Source: an uncultured Gemmatimonadales bacterium
Lineage (GTDB): Bacteria > Gemmatimonadota > Gemmatimonadetes > Gemmatimonadales > GWC2-71-9
Direction of reading: 5' to 3'
NCBI GenBank assembly: GCA_963830455.1
Contig: CAWHMT010000002.1
Span: 879,569-943,568, forward strand
DNA: 64,000 nt
In this document: one piece after another, positions 39,231 through 48,197 of the stretch
Numbering within the stretch: the first letter of the stretch is position 1
Layout: each line of letters begins with the position of its first letter
Program-made: the position numbers and the translations under genes
The notes under the pieces: model-generated
Databases searched by the model: none
What the model saw: only the letters and a program-made list of their open reading frames with translations
What the model was told of the DNA's origin: nothing

Positions 39231-39623
39231 ATGCCGATGTTTCGTTGCGTAGCGATTGCGGCGATCGCGATCAGTGCGGCGTGCGGCAACAGCACCGGGT
39301 ACGGCAGCAGTCCCCCGCCGGCGCCCCCACCCCCGCCGCCACCCCCGCCGAGCGGTCACTCGACCACGATTACGGTTTCAAATAATCAGTTCTCGCCGAC
39401 TCCCGACACCATTCCGGCCGGGAACATCACGTTCCACTGGGCCGCCGGCGCCGTGACGCACAACGTGACTTTCCAGACGGGACCCCTTCCGCTTCCAGCG
39501 ACGTCCGGCAATCGAGCCGGTGGCGACGCCGACTATGTCCCGCTGTTGGGCGCCGGCGACTACACCTATCACTGCACGATTCACGCGTCTAGTATGACAG
39601 GGGCAATCCACGTGACGCCCTAG
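39231..39623 (+). CDS. Cupredoxin lipoprotein paralog with polyproline linker
   Basis: Lipobox 'SAAC', Pro run, 'HNV', 'YHCTIHASSM'; shares 'GHSTTITVSNN.F.PTPDT.P.G' with the upstream gene. Confidence 0.85.
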   Translation: MPMFRCVAIAAIAISAACGNSTGYGSSPPPAPPPPPPPPPSGHSTTITVSNNQFSPTPDTIPAGNITFHWAAGAVTHNVTFQTGPLPLPATSGNRAGGDADYVPLLGAGDYTYHCTIHASSMTGAIHVTP

Positions 39624-39691
39624 CGGTGCGCGCCGTCGCTTGCATTAGGCTCCCGGGGCAAATCGTGTTCCGGGAGCTTAGTTTTTCAGGC

Positions 39692-40639
39692 ATGAATGTC
39701 TGGCGTGCTGCGGCTGATCTGATCCGTGGGGGTGCCTCTGGCGCTCTCGCGACGGTCGCGCGTGTGCGCGGGTCCACGCCCGTGCCGGCGGGCACGAAGA
39801 TGCTCGTCGGCGCCGAAGGCCGGCTGATCGGGTCTGTGGGCGGCGGCTGTGTCGAAGCCGAGGTCATCGGCGCGGCGCTCGCGGCGCAGCGTCGCCGCGC
39901 ACCCACCCTGCTCACGCATCATCTCAACGCCGATCTGGCTGGAGACCTGGGGCTGTCGTGCGGCGGCACGGTGGACATTTTCGTCGAGCCCCTCGTTGCG
40001 GAAGCGGGCTACGTTAGCGTGCTCGAATCTGCGGCCAGCGCCGAGTCGGGGTTGGTGCGCACGGCGACCGAATGGACCAGCGGGCCCGTAAAGACGTTCG
40101 AGCCACTGCGGGCGGGCGCGTCGGGGTCCGCCGCGACCCTGACTCGCGACGGGCGGTTCATGGAGGAGCGGCTCATCCAGGCGCCACGAGTCTTCGTGTT
40201 CGGAGCGGGGCATGTCGGTGCCGCGATCGCGCGGGCGGCCGCCGCGGCCGGGTTCCGGGTCGTCGTGATCGACGATCGGGTTGAGTACGCCGATCCCGCG
40301 CGCTTTCCCGCCGGAGTCGATGTGCACGCCGCGGATGTCGATGGTGCCCTGACGCGCTACGAGCTCCTTGCCGCCGACGCGGTCGTGATCGCGACGCGTG
40401 GGCATCGCAATGACGCGCTGATCCTCGAGCGAGTCGCAACATCGCCGGCGGGCTACGTTGGGTTGCTGGGGAGCCGTCGCAAGAAGGTCGTTGTCACGAA
40501 GGGACTCAAAGCGGCTGGGGTGCCCGGGAAGAGCCTTCAGCGCGTACGGGTGCCAGTCGGCTTGGCGATCGGGGCAGTCACACCGGAGGAGATCGCGGTC
40601 AGCGTTGTGGCGGAGCTGATCACGTGGCGCCGAGGCTAG
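39692..40639 (+). CDS. xdhC: XdhC/CoxI family molybdoenzyme maturation factor
   Basis: 'GSTP..AGTKM', 'GSVGGGCVE', 'CGG.VDIFVEP', 'FGAGHV', 'GLLGSRRK', 'PVGL.IGA.TPEEIAVS'. Confidence 0.9.
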   Translation: MNVWRAAADLIRGGASGALATVARVRGSTPVPAGTKMLVGAEGRLIGSVGGGCVEAEVIGAALAAQRRRAPTLLTHHLNADLAGDLGLSCGGTVDIFVEPLVAEAGYVSVLESAASAESGLVRTATEWTSGPVKTFEPLRAGASGSAATLTRDGRFMEERLIQAPRVFVFGAGHVGAAIARAAAAAGFRVVVIDDRVEYADPARFPAGVDVHAADVDGALTRYELLAADAVVIATRGHRNDALILERVATSPAGYVGLLGSRRKKVVVTKGLKAAGVPGKSLQRVRVPVGLAIGAVTPEEIAVSVVAELITWRRG

Positions 40640-41130
40640 TCAGGAATCGCCGCGAGTTTGTCGAGCAGATCCTTCGGCACCGGCCCGCCGATCGGGCCCA
40701 TCCACCTGACACTCACCTCGCCAACTTGGCGGTATCCCTCGCGTGCGTCCTGATACTGCCACAACCGAGGATTCAACTGCGCGAAGCCCATCGCGTCCCC
40801 TGTTGTCTCCGCGACTCGGTGGAAGTTGCTCCAGCGGGGAGGCTCATCCCGATCTTCCCGGAATCGAATCACCGCACCGGTGGCCGAGTCCAGCAGCTGC
40901 TCCAGGAGGACCGCCTGTCCCAATAGTCGGAAGAAGCGCGTCGGATATCCCGGAATTGCGGCCGGATTGGCTTTGAGGATTGCTCGGGCTTCCGCGAGCG
41001 TGATTTCTCCGTGCCTTAGGGTTTGGCTAGGGAGTCTGCCGACATCTTGACCCGGACCTTGACTAAATGCGCTTGTTAGCGGCACAGCGAGGAAGGTCAT
41101 GAGCAGCGCGGCGTGCCGGGAGTAGTGCAT
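40636..41130 (-). CDS. Secreted hypothetical protein, paralogous to the C-terminal domain of the adjacent anti-sigma factor
   Basis: Signal peptide, GGAGG RBS, visible alignment to the C-terminus of 41174-42286. Confidence 0.65.
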   Translation of the reverse strand: MHYSRHAALLMTFLAVPLTSAFSQGPGQDVGRLPSQTLRHGEITLAEARAILKANPAAIPGYPTRFFRLLGQAVLLEQLLDSATGAVIRFREDRDEPPRWSNFHRVAETTGDAMGFAQLNPRLWQYQDAREGYRQVGEVSVRWMGPIGGPVPKDLLDKLAAIPD

Positions 41131-41173
41131 AGAGCCTCCATGGGGCAGCGATCGCTAGGCCCCATGTGACAGT

Positions 41174-42286
41174 TTATGGGAGTGGCTCCAATTGCTCAAG
41201 TAGCCGATTGAGCGAGTCCGTCGAGACCGGTCCCGAAATCTCCACCCGCAGTTTTCCTACAAATCGCGCCAAGCGATCAGCCGGAGCTGGCGCCGCGGCG
41301 GGCGCCGCCTCGCGCGCTCGAGAGCCGTCGATATAGTACGCTGCCGAGTCATTAAAGAGGCGCGCGGTCGCCGGTCGTTGGAAGATCTGGATTATGGTAG
41401 ACGAGTCGAGCGCCTGCTCGACGACGACGGTGCTGTCCGCGCCAGGGCTGCGACGGATTCTTCGCGTTGCAAGTCCGGGGACACCGACAGGCTTGTCACC
41501 GAGCAGTGAGGCTGCGGCGCCGCGACTGATGATCGGCCACGTCGTGGACACCAGGTTGCGCACCGAACGGCTGTCGTTGCGATTCACGACCCCCGCCGAT
41601 GCGGCAGCGGCCGGGAGTTCGGCACGAGGCGGCGGTGCCGCGGCGACGATGGCTCCGTCGAGTGTCAGCGGCAAATCCCTGCGAGCCACAGCCGTGTCGG
41701 GACGCGGAGCGGCGCCCCGAATGGTTACAGGCGGTTGCACCCCGCCGAAGCCGAGCAAGGAGTCGGGGCGGCGCAGGGAGTCGACGGCCGCGAGTCTTGG
41801 TGCTTGCGTGACATCACTCGCGGGCGATGCGGACAAGCGCGCCTTGGTCGTTGGACGCGCAGACGCGAATTCGTCTTTCTCGAATGCCCGTACTTGCGGT
41901 TGCTCCCTCCGTACCGATTCGGCCTCAGAGGCTGCCACCGCGCGATGCTCTGAAAGGGCGGGTGGGGCGAGGTCGGCCTCCGAACCACGGAGGTAGTAGC
42001 CGAGGCCGACCGCAAGCACGAGCGAGGCCGCCCACGCGAACGTCCGGCGCGCGTACCAGGGGCGTCGCTGCGCGCGCCGAACCTCTTGGAAGGGGGGCGC
42101 GGGCCGCTCGGCGGGACGCGCGGAGCCGAGCAGGGCGCTGGCGCGTTCGAGCAGCGCCCGTTCCTCGGTCAGCATAGCCTTGCACGTAATGCATTGCTCG
42201 AGGTGTGCCTCGAGACCGGCCCGCTCGTTCGGAGACAGCTCGCCGTCGAGATACGCGTGCAGCGTTCCCTCATCCACGTGCGACAT
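41174..42286 (-). CDS. Zinc-binding (zf-HC2/ZAS) transmembrane anti-sigma factor
   Basis: 'H....LHAYLDGEL...E...LEAHLEQCITC', TM 'WAASLVLAVGLGYY', strong RBS, overlaps sigma gene. Confidence 0.88.
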   Translation of the reverse strand: MSHVDEGTLHAYLDGELSPNERAGLEAHLEQCITCKAMLTEERALLERASALLGSARPAERPAPPFQEVRRAQRRPWYARRTFAWAASLVLAVGLGYYLRGSEADLAPPALSEHRAVAASEAESVRREQPQVRAFEKDEFASARPTTKARLSASPASDVTQAPRLAAVDSLRRPDSLLGFGGVQPPVTIRGAAPRPDTAVARRDLPLTLDGAIVAAAPPPRAELPAAAASAGVVNRNDSRSVRNLVSTTWPIISRGAAASLLGDKPVGVPGLATRRIRRSPGADSTVVVEQALDSSTIIQIFQRPATARLFNDSAAYYIDGSRAREAAPAAAPAPADRLARFVGKLRVEISGPVSTDSLNRLLEQLEPLP

Positions 42287-42776
42287 GCTGTCCTCCTTCC
42301 TGTCCCGCGTCATAGGCTTCCACCAGTCTCCGGCGCGCACGCGCCAACGTGGTCCCGATCGCGCCGCGCGCCAACCCCGTCTGCGTCGCGATTTCGTCGT
42401 ACGAGAGTCCCGAGTCCCACAAGAGCAGGGCCTCGCGGTCGCGGGGCGTCAATTGCTCGAGTGCGGCCCGCACGCGCTGCGTTCGCGTATCGGCGTCGAT
42501 CTCGTCTTCCGGCGCGATCTCAGTCGCGTCCGGCTCGCTTTTCAGCAGCGTGAGATGCCGTTTCTCGCGCAGCGCTTTCCGCGCCTCATCGCGCGCCATG
42601 TTCGCCGCTACGACGAAGAGCCAGCCGCGCGTGTTTTCGGGGCGATGCACGAGCGCTCGCGCAAACGCTTCCTGCGCGAGATCCTCCGCGCGCTCGGCGT
42701 CCCATACCTTGCGGTACAGGAAGCGCACGAGCGCGGGATAGGTGTTGCGGTACACCTCGGCGATGTCGTCTGGCAT
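42270..42776 (-). CDS. ECF RNA polymerase sigma factor
   Basis: 'AEDLAQEAF', 'GWLF.VAAN..RD', region 4 'L.PRDREALLL...GLSYDEIA...G...G.IGT.LARARRRL'. Confidence 0.92.
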   Translation of the reverse strand: MPDDIAEVYRNTYPALVRFLYRKVWDAERAEDLAQEAFARALVHRPENTRGWLFVVAANMARDEARKALREKRHLTLLKSEPDATEIAPEDEIDADTRTQRVRAALEQLTPRDREALLLWDSGLSYDEIATQTGLARGAIGTTLARARRRLVEAYDAGQEGGQHVARG

Positions 42777-42781
42777 AGCTC

Positions 42782-42858
42782 AACGGGGAACGCGGAAGTC
42801 GGAACGCGGAACATGCGGGCAGGCTGCGTTCCGCGTTCCGCGTTCCACGTTCCCCGTT
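42782..42858. repeat. Long inverted repeat built from GGAACGC heptamers
   Basis: Arms 42782-42812 and 42828-42858 (31 nt, about four mismatches) with a 15-nt loop. Confidence 0.85.
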
Positions 42859-42862
42859 CTGT

Positions 42863-45055
42863 TCATCCCCGAAACTCTCTCACCAGGCGCTCCAGTTCAC
42901 CAGGATTCCATCGAGTCTTACCACCCTCTCCAATCTTGATGCTCGCGCGCCGGCCGGCCACCAGCACGTGCTCGAGCGCGGCGGCCTCCCGCAGATCCGG
43001 GAGCGCCTTCAGCAGGGCGAAGTAGGCCTCGCTGTAGGGAGCGATGCTCACCACGTGCAGCGAGTCGCCGTGACTGAGATCGGTCCATGTGCTGTCGCGC
43101 ATGATGAAGAGACGGCCGCCGACCCGTTGCGTCGGGTTGATGCCCGAGCGCGCCCGGGCGCCGTCAATCGTGATCACCCCCGCGCTGGCGTCGGATTGCA
43201 CGATAATCGCGTCGAGTCGGACCGCGTCGCGCATCGAGCGCTCCTCTGAGGCGCGGCCCACGGCTTTGGAACCCGCTTGGTCCGCCGGAGCCGCCGCTGG
43301 AGCCTGCAGCACCCGATTTTCTGCGGCGCCACGCAGGGCCACCGTCGGCTCCTGTACAAGGTACGACGTGTACTCGGTCAGAATCCCGTAGCGCAACGCG
43401 AGCTGCTTCAGGGCGTCCATCGTCTCGCGCGTCTGACCGCGCAGCCGGATCTCTCGCGACAGCGCGCCGGCTTTGCGCGCGGCCCACAACTGCTCGATGT
43501 AGCGCGCCCCGTCGTTGTCACGATCCGCGAAGCTCGTCGTGAACTCTTCCTGACGTCCAGTGCGTCGACCGCGCACTGTCACCGACGGCTCCCGGCTCCC
43601 GGCTCCGCGATAGCGTCCAAAGACGACCATCTCGTCGCCCGCGAACAGATCGGGGAGGTTGCCGGGCTGCAGGTCGTACAACTCCACGCCCGCGCCCGCG
43701 ATCGTGACATCGGTGAGGACCGGACTCGCCACCTTCGCGGCGAGCGCCGAAACGGCCCGCTCGATGTTCTCGCCCGGGCGCACGTACTCGGTGGTGCCGC
43801 GCGCGCGCTCGGTGAGGCGATCGAGCAGATGGGTGTTCACGTCGTCCCCAATGCCGAACGAGAAGACGCGGAACCGGCCACGACCCTGCTCGGCGCGTTC
43901 CGCGATGCGCTCCGGGTCCGTTTCCCCGGTGCTTGGCTGGCCGTCGGTCAGAAACACGACGACGCCGAGGGCCTCCTCCGCCGGCGCAACGGCGAAGGCT
44001 TCCGTGAGTGCCCCGGCGATGTTGGTGCCGCCTTCGGCCTCGAGGCTGCGGATCCACGCGGTCGCGTCATTGCGTCCGGCGGTCGACACGCGCGTCCATC
44101 CCTCGGCGTAGCGCCGCACGCCGCCGGAGAACGCCACCAGCCGGAATCGGTCGCCCTCGCGCAGCGTGCCGAGCAGCTGAATGAGTGCGTTGCGAGCCTG
44201 CTGGATTTTTTCACCCGACATCGAGCCGGAGACGTCGATCACGGCGACGAGGTCGCGACGGAGCGCGGCCGCGTCCGCGGCGGCGCCGGGAGCGAGCAGC
44301 AGCATGAAGTAACCGTCCTCCCCGGCCGGATGGTGCGGCACCAGCGAGAGCCCGATCAGCCCGCGGGAGAGCGGCAGCAGCAGCTCGAAGTCACCGCCGG
44401 CGGAGTTGTCCCCCAGCGTGATCTCGAAGCGGTTGTCGCGCCGGGAGACCTGCACCTGATGCGTTGGTGAGTACGGATCGCCGAAACGACCGGCGCTGTC
44501 GACTTCCATGCGGAAGCTGCGCGGCGCGCTCTGCCGGTTGCGGTCGCCGAGATAGCGGAAGCGCCAGGCGTCGCCGGCGCGGTCGAGCAGCTGCGTGTAC
44601 TTGAGTGTGATCTTGCGCGTCTCGCCCGGACCAATCGGGAACACCCGCGCGCGGATCAATCCTTGACCCGCGAGCTCGATCAGTGCGGGATCGCGCTTTT
44701 GGCGGACGATCGCTTCATAGATCGAGCGCGCCTGCGTCGCGTCCATCGCTTCGCCCCGCAGCTCTTGATCACCTTGCCAGAGCGAATAGCTCGAGAACAC
44801 GGCTTCGCCGGGCAGCGGGAAGTGGTACATCCCTTCGTCCATGACGGCACCGTTGTTCCGGAACCATTCCTCCACCGTGACGCGGGCGACGCGTCCGCTC
44901 ACGCTGACTTGCACGGTGCTGCGAAGACGCTCGATACGCCCCGTGATATTCGTGGGAGGCACCGGCCGAACGGGATCGACCCATCCCTGGGCGCTGAGGG
45001 TCGTGGACAATGTGCTGAAGAGGGCGGCGGCTCCCAGCACGCGCAGCATGGACAT
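42863..45055 (-). CDS. Secreted VIT + von Willebrand A domain protein (inter-alpha-trypsin inhibitor-like)
   Basis: Signal peptide, VIT 'A...YE.IV...RDPALIE', MIDAS 'DVSGSM', 'GGTNI', 'FLTDG', 'YGILTEYTSYLV'. Confidence 0.9.
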   Translation of the reverse strand: MSMLRVLGAAALFSTLSTTLSAQGWVDPVRPVPPTNITGRIERLRSTVQVSVSGRVARVTVEEWFRNNGAVMDEGMYHFPLPGEAVFSSYSLWQGDQELRGEAMDATQARSIYEAIVRQKRDPALIELAGQGLIRARVFPIGPGETRKITLKYTQLLDRAGDAWRFRYLGDRNRQSAPRSFRMEVDSAGRFGDPYSPTHQVQVSRRDNRFEITLGDNSAGGDFELLLPLSRGLIGLSLVPHHPAGEDGYFMLLLAPGAAADAAALRRDLVAVIDVSGSMSGEKIQQARNALIQLLGTLREGDRFRLVAFSGGVRRYAEGWTRVSTAGRNDATAWIRSLEAEGGTNIAGALTEAFAVAPAEEALGVVVFLTDGQPSTGETDPERIAERAEQGRGRFRVFSFGIGDDVNTHLLDRLTERARGTTEYVRPGENIERAVSALAAKVASPVLTDVTIAGAGVELYDLQPGNLPDLFAGDEMVVFGRYRGAGSREPSVTVRGRRTGRQEEFTTSFADRDNDGARYIEQLWAARKAGALSREIRLRGQTRETMDALKQLALRYGILTEYTSYLVQEPTVALRGAAENRVLQAPAAAPADQAGSKAVGRASEERSMRDAVRLDAIIVQSDASAGVITIDGARARSGINPTQRVGGRLFIMRDSTWTDLSHGDSLHVVSIAPYSEAYFALLKALPDLREAAALEHVLVAGRRASIKIGEGGKTRWNPGELERLVREFRG
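43586..43606. repeat. Tandem heptamer (CGGCTCC)x3 inside CDS
   Basis: Perfect 21-nt array; frame preserved (GAGSREP). Confidence 0.8.
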
Positions 45056-45123
45056 GCGAGACTCCGGTTTGGGGACGCTTGAGAGACGCGGCCCTGCCCC
45101 GGAGTTGCACAGTGTGGTCTACA

Positions 45124-46275
45124 TCACGCTACGGCGCACTGATTTGGCCCGGACTCCAGCACCTCGGCATCAGCGTCCGAGAGCTCGGCCAGGCCGAGAT
45201 TTGCTTCCTTAATAGTGCGGTAGGCATCGGGAAAACTCGCCTGATGATCGGCAATCCACTTGAGGAATTGGTACTCGTCCTGAATCGACGCGACCGGATT
45301 GGTAGCGGCGATCACATCGAACCGCGCTGCCACGGCGCGGTCGGCGCGCCGCTCGGACTCGCTCGCATAGTGCGCGGGCAGGATCAGCAGCTCACCAGGC
45401 CAGGACTGCCGAACCCGCTCCAGGCTCTGCCAGAGCAGCCTGGCCCACACATCGGACTTGCCGCCGAGGTCAGGCCGCCCGATCGATTGCACGAATAGGA
45501 AGTCGCCCGTGAGCGCGAGACCTTCGTCCGCCACCAGCGCGATGCTGCCCAGCGTGTGACCAGGGACGTGCACCGCGCGTAGCGTGGCGTGGCCGAACGC
45601 AATCGTGTCGCCGTCGCGCAGCGGTTGATAGGCGAGCTTGCCGGGCCTGTTGTCGTATGGCGAAACGGCGTCATCGGGATGCAGGAAATAGGGGATTCTC
45701 CAGCGATCGGCGGCCGCGCCGGCCCCGCTCACGTAGTCGGCGTGCACATGCGTGTCCACGACCGCGGCCGGCGTGGCGCCGAGCTCGGCGAGCAGGTCAT
45801 CATAGCGCGCCAGGTGACGGCCGGGATCCACAATCACGGCATCGCCATCACTCACCAGGATGTAGCTGAGCGAACCCTTCCCAACGCGGTCGAGCTGCAC
45901 CACGTACGACAGCGATGGGGTAGGGGACAGCGGCCGAGCGACGTAGACGGTCTCCCACGCCGCCATCCCGCCGATCACCGAATACGCGTCGTAGCCACGC
46001 TCGCGCAGGAACGCCGTCGCTTTCTTGCTGGAATTCCCGTGATTGCACACCACGGCGATCGGCCGCGACGCATCGAGCTGCAGCGCCTTGACGTCCGGCA
46101 TCGCGAAGAGCCGGGAATTCGGCTGGGCGTGGAAGTCGAGCTCGGGCCCAAGCGCGATGTGGCCGCGTTCGACTTTCTCCGGGGCACGCACGTCGAGCAC
46201 CTGGAGCGCTTCCCCGCGGTCGAGACGTTCGGCGAGCTCCTGCGGAGGGATCTGCGGCAGCGTGCTGTCGGACAT
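45124..46275 (-). CDS. Rhodanese-MBL fold fusion (persulfide dioxygenase-like)
   Basis: N-terminal rhodanese 'LDVR...VVCNHGNSS...GGMAAW', MBL 'DTHVHADYVSG', 'PGHT', 'TGDFLF..SIGRPDL', C-terminal 'GPNQCA'. Confidence 0.88.
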   Translation of the reverse strand: MSDSTLPQIPPQELAERLDRGEALQVLDVRAPEKVERGHIALGPELDFHAQPNSRLFAMPDVKALQLDASRPIAVVCNHGNSSKKATAFLRERGYDAYSVIGGMAAWETVYVARPLSPTPSLSYVVQLDRVGKGSLSYILVSDGDAVIVDPGRHLARYDDLLAELGATPAAVVDTHVHADYVSGAGAAADRWRIPYFLHPDDAVSPYDNRPGKLAYQPLRDGDTIAFGHATLRAVHVPGHTLGSIALVADEGLALTGDFLFVQSIGRPDLGGKSDVWARLLWQSLERVRQSWPGELLILPAHYASESERRADRAVAARFDVIAATNPVASIQDEYQFLKWIADHQASFPDAYRTIKEANLGLAELSDADAEVLESGPNQCAVA

Positions 46276-46302
46276 AGGCAGTTAGTGTCGTCGCGACCCG
46301 GC

Positions 46303-46334
46303 AAAAACGCAACGGCCCCCGTTGCCGGGGGCCG
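46303..46334 (-). terminator. Probable intrinsic terminator after the OMP gene
   Basis: GC stem cggcccccg/cgggggccg followed on the minus strand by ttgcgttttt. Confidence 0.7.
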
Positions 46335-46356
46335 CGCGCAATCAACCAGGATGGTG

Positions 46357-47463
46357 CTACTTCAGCGCCATCGTCACGCCGAACATCAGACCAAACGTGT
46401 TGGTCGGGGCGAGGCCAAGGTCGGTGTTCTCGCCGAACATGGTGTAGTTCGCCTCGACCCGGCCGCCCAACGCCGCGACCAGGGGGAAGCGATAGCCCCA
46501 GCCCACGTTGACGCCTGTGCGAGTCGCGGCGTCGGCGCCCGTCGCCTTGATGTAGTGGAGATTGCCGCCGAGCGCGCCGTACCAGCCACCGTGCACGGCG
46601 TAGTCGAGACGGACCGACAGGTTACCGCTGAAATCGGTCTGGCCGCTCTCCTGGAAGCGATGAATATCGAGCGCCGGCTCGATCGCGATCTTCTTGCCGA
46701 TCGGCAGGATCGCGAAGACGGTGGGCGGCAGCGTCACTTCGCTGGTCAGCACGGCACCGAGGGCACTCCCGTAACCCGGAACCGACAGGGCCGTGAGCGA
46801 GCCGACGCCGATGACGTTCACGCTGGCATAACCACCCGCAATGCCCAGTCTCGGAGTCCAGGCACGCTGTGGCGCTCTCGCCGAGGTGCCGCGTGCCGGG
46901 CGCCCGCGGCTCGTCACGGTCGACACACCAACCAGGAACGAGTACGCGTCAACCGCGCCGGCACTCTCCGCCTTGCCGTAGAAGGTCGTCCGGGCCTCGA
47001 CGCGGCCGTTGAGCGTCCCCGAGAGTTTGTACCGATAGCCGAGCGCGGCCTGAACGCCGAGCTGCGTCTCGTTGGCGATGCCGTTGTTGTACGCCAACGT
47101 GCCGCCGGCCGCGCCATAGAGGTGCCGTGTCAACGCGTAATCGCCGCGGACGCCGAGCGTCACGAACGTGGCGGTCAGGCCGGACGAGAACTGCGAAGCC
47201 GCGAAATCGGTTTCGACGGCCAGCTTCTGCGTCCAGGGAATCGTCACATAGAGACCGGCTGCAGCGGGAACCAGGCTACCCAGATTGAAACCCGGAATAC
47301 TGATCGCGTCAGTCGGATCAGCGCCGGCGCCGGCCTGCACGAGCCGGGTAAAGCCGCCCTGGATTCCAAACTCTGTTTGCCAGGCTTTCTGCGCCTGCGC
47401 GTTGGTCGCACACCATGACAGCAATGCGATCATAACAAGACTGCGTCGCACGGGATCCTCCAA
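46357..47463 (-). CDS. Outer-membrane beta-barrel protein with two tandem OmpA-like barrel repeats
   Basis: Signal peptide 'AQA', alternating beta-strand pattern, internal duplication separated by an Arg/Ala linker. Confidence 0.75.
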   Translation of the reverse strand: MEDPVRRSLVMIALLSWCATNAQAQKAWQTEFGIQGGFTRLVQAGAGADPTDAISIPGFNLGSLVPAAAGLYVTIPWTQKLAVETDFAASQFSSGLTATFVTLGVRGDYALTRHLYGAAGGTLAYNNGIANETQLGVQAALGYRYKLSGTLNGRVEARTTFYGKAESAGAVDAYSFLVGVSTVTSRGRPARGTSARAPQRAWTPRLGIAGGYASVNVIGVGSLTALSVPGYGSALGAVLTSEVTLPPTVFAILPIGKKIAIEPALDIHRFQESGQTDFSGNLSVRLDYAVHGGWYGALGGNLHYIKATGADAATRTGVNVGWGYRFPLVAALGGRVEANYTMFGENTDLGLAPTNTFGLMFGVTMALK

Positions 47464-47647
47464 GAGAGTGAGAGGCCTGAAAAAGGCGCCCCAATATTGG
47501 AGTTAGGGCTCAAAATGCAATGTCTTTGGAGTACTCCCGTTTTGCGGACCCGCGTCTATATTCCCCTGCATTGTGAAACAGTTCACAAGCGACACCAGGA
47601 ACGACACTATTCCCACCCCCCAGTACTCAGTCCGGAGGATTACAGCA

Positions 47648-48109
47648 ATGCGCTTCGCTTTGCTCACGACCGTCGTCGCCATTGGCGCGCTCGCCTGTGG
47701 CAAGGGCGACCAGAATCAGACCCAACAGAGCGCGCCCCCGGCGGCGCCTGCGGCGAGCGATGCAGCGTCCGGTCCCGTCGTCGAAGTGAAGATGACCGGC
47801 AACGGCAGCACGCGCGCGGCCTTCGAGCCGAGCTCGCTCACGATCGCTCCGGGCACCACGGTGCGGTTCATCAACGTGTCGGGCGGTCCGCACAACATCG
47901 CGTTCTGGCAGGATTCGGTTCCGGCGGGCGCCGCGGCGGTGCTCAATGCCAACATGCAGAACACCGTGGACAATCTCTCCGGGCCCTTCCTGACCACTCC
48001 CAACGAGACCTACGACGTGTCGTTTGCCAACACGCCGAAAGGCACGTATAAGGGCTTCTGCACGCCGCATCTGACGCTGGGCATGAAGCTCGCCATCACC
48101 GTCCAGTAA
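47648..48109 (+). CDS. Plastocyanin/halocyanin-like blue copper lipoprotein
   Basis: GGAGGA RBS, lipobox 'ALAC', 'GPHNI', 'FCTPHLTLGM'. Confidence 0.9.
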   Translation: MRFALLTTVVAIGALACGKGDQNQTQQSAPPAAPAASDAASGPVVEVKMTGNGSTRAAFEPSSLTIAPGTTVRFINVSGGPHNIAFWQDSVPAGAAAVLNANMQNTVDNLSGPFLTTPNETYDVSFANTPKGTYKGFCTPHLTLGMKLAITVQ

Positions 48110-48132
48110 CGGTGAGCCAGCGTGAAGACACG

Positions 48133-48170
48133 AGCGGCCCCGGTCGACCCCGGGGCCGCTGTTCCTTTGT
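48133..48170 (+). terminator. Probable intrinsic terminator
   Basis: Stem agcggccccgg/ccggggccgct followed by gttcctttgt. Confidence 0.65.
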
Positions 48171-48197
48171 GAGATTCTGCAGCAGATTCGGCAGCGT

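Noticed and set aside
39692-40639. XdhC as evidence that ActB binds a molybdenum cofactor
   Set aside because: XdhC serves xanthine-oxidase-family enzymes rather than bis-MGD enzymes; adjacency alone is not evidence.
40636-41400. Slightly lower-GC stretch as a mobile element
   Set aside because: No transposase or terminal repeats; explained by the anti-sigma C-terminus and its paralog.
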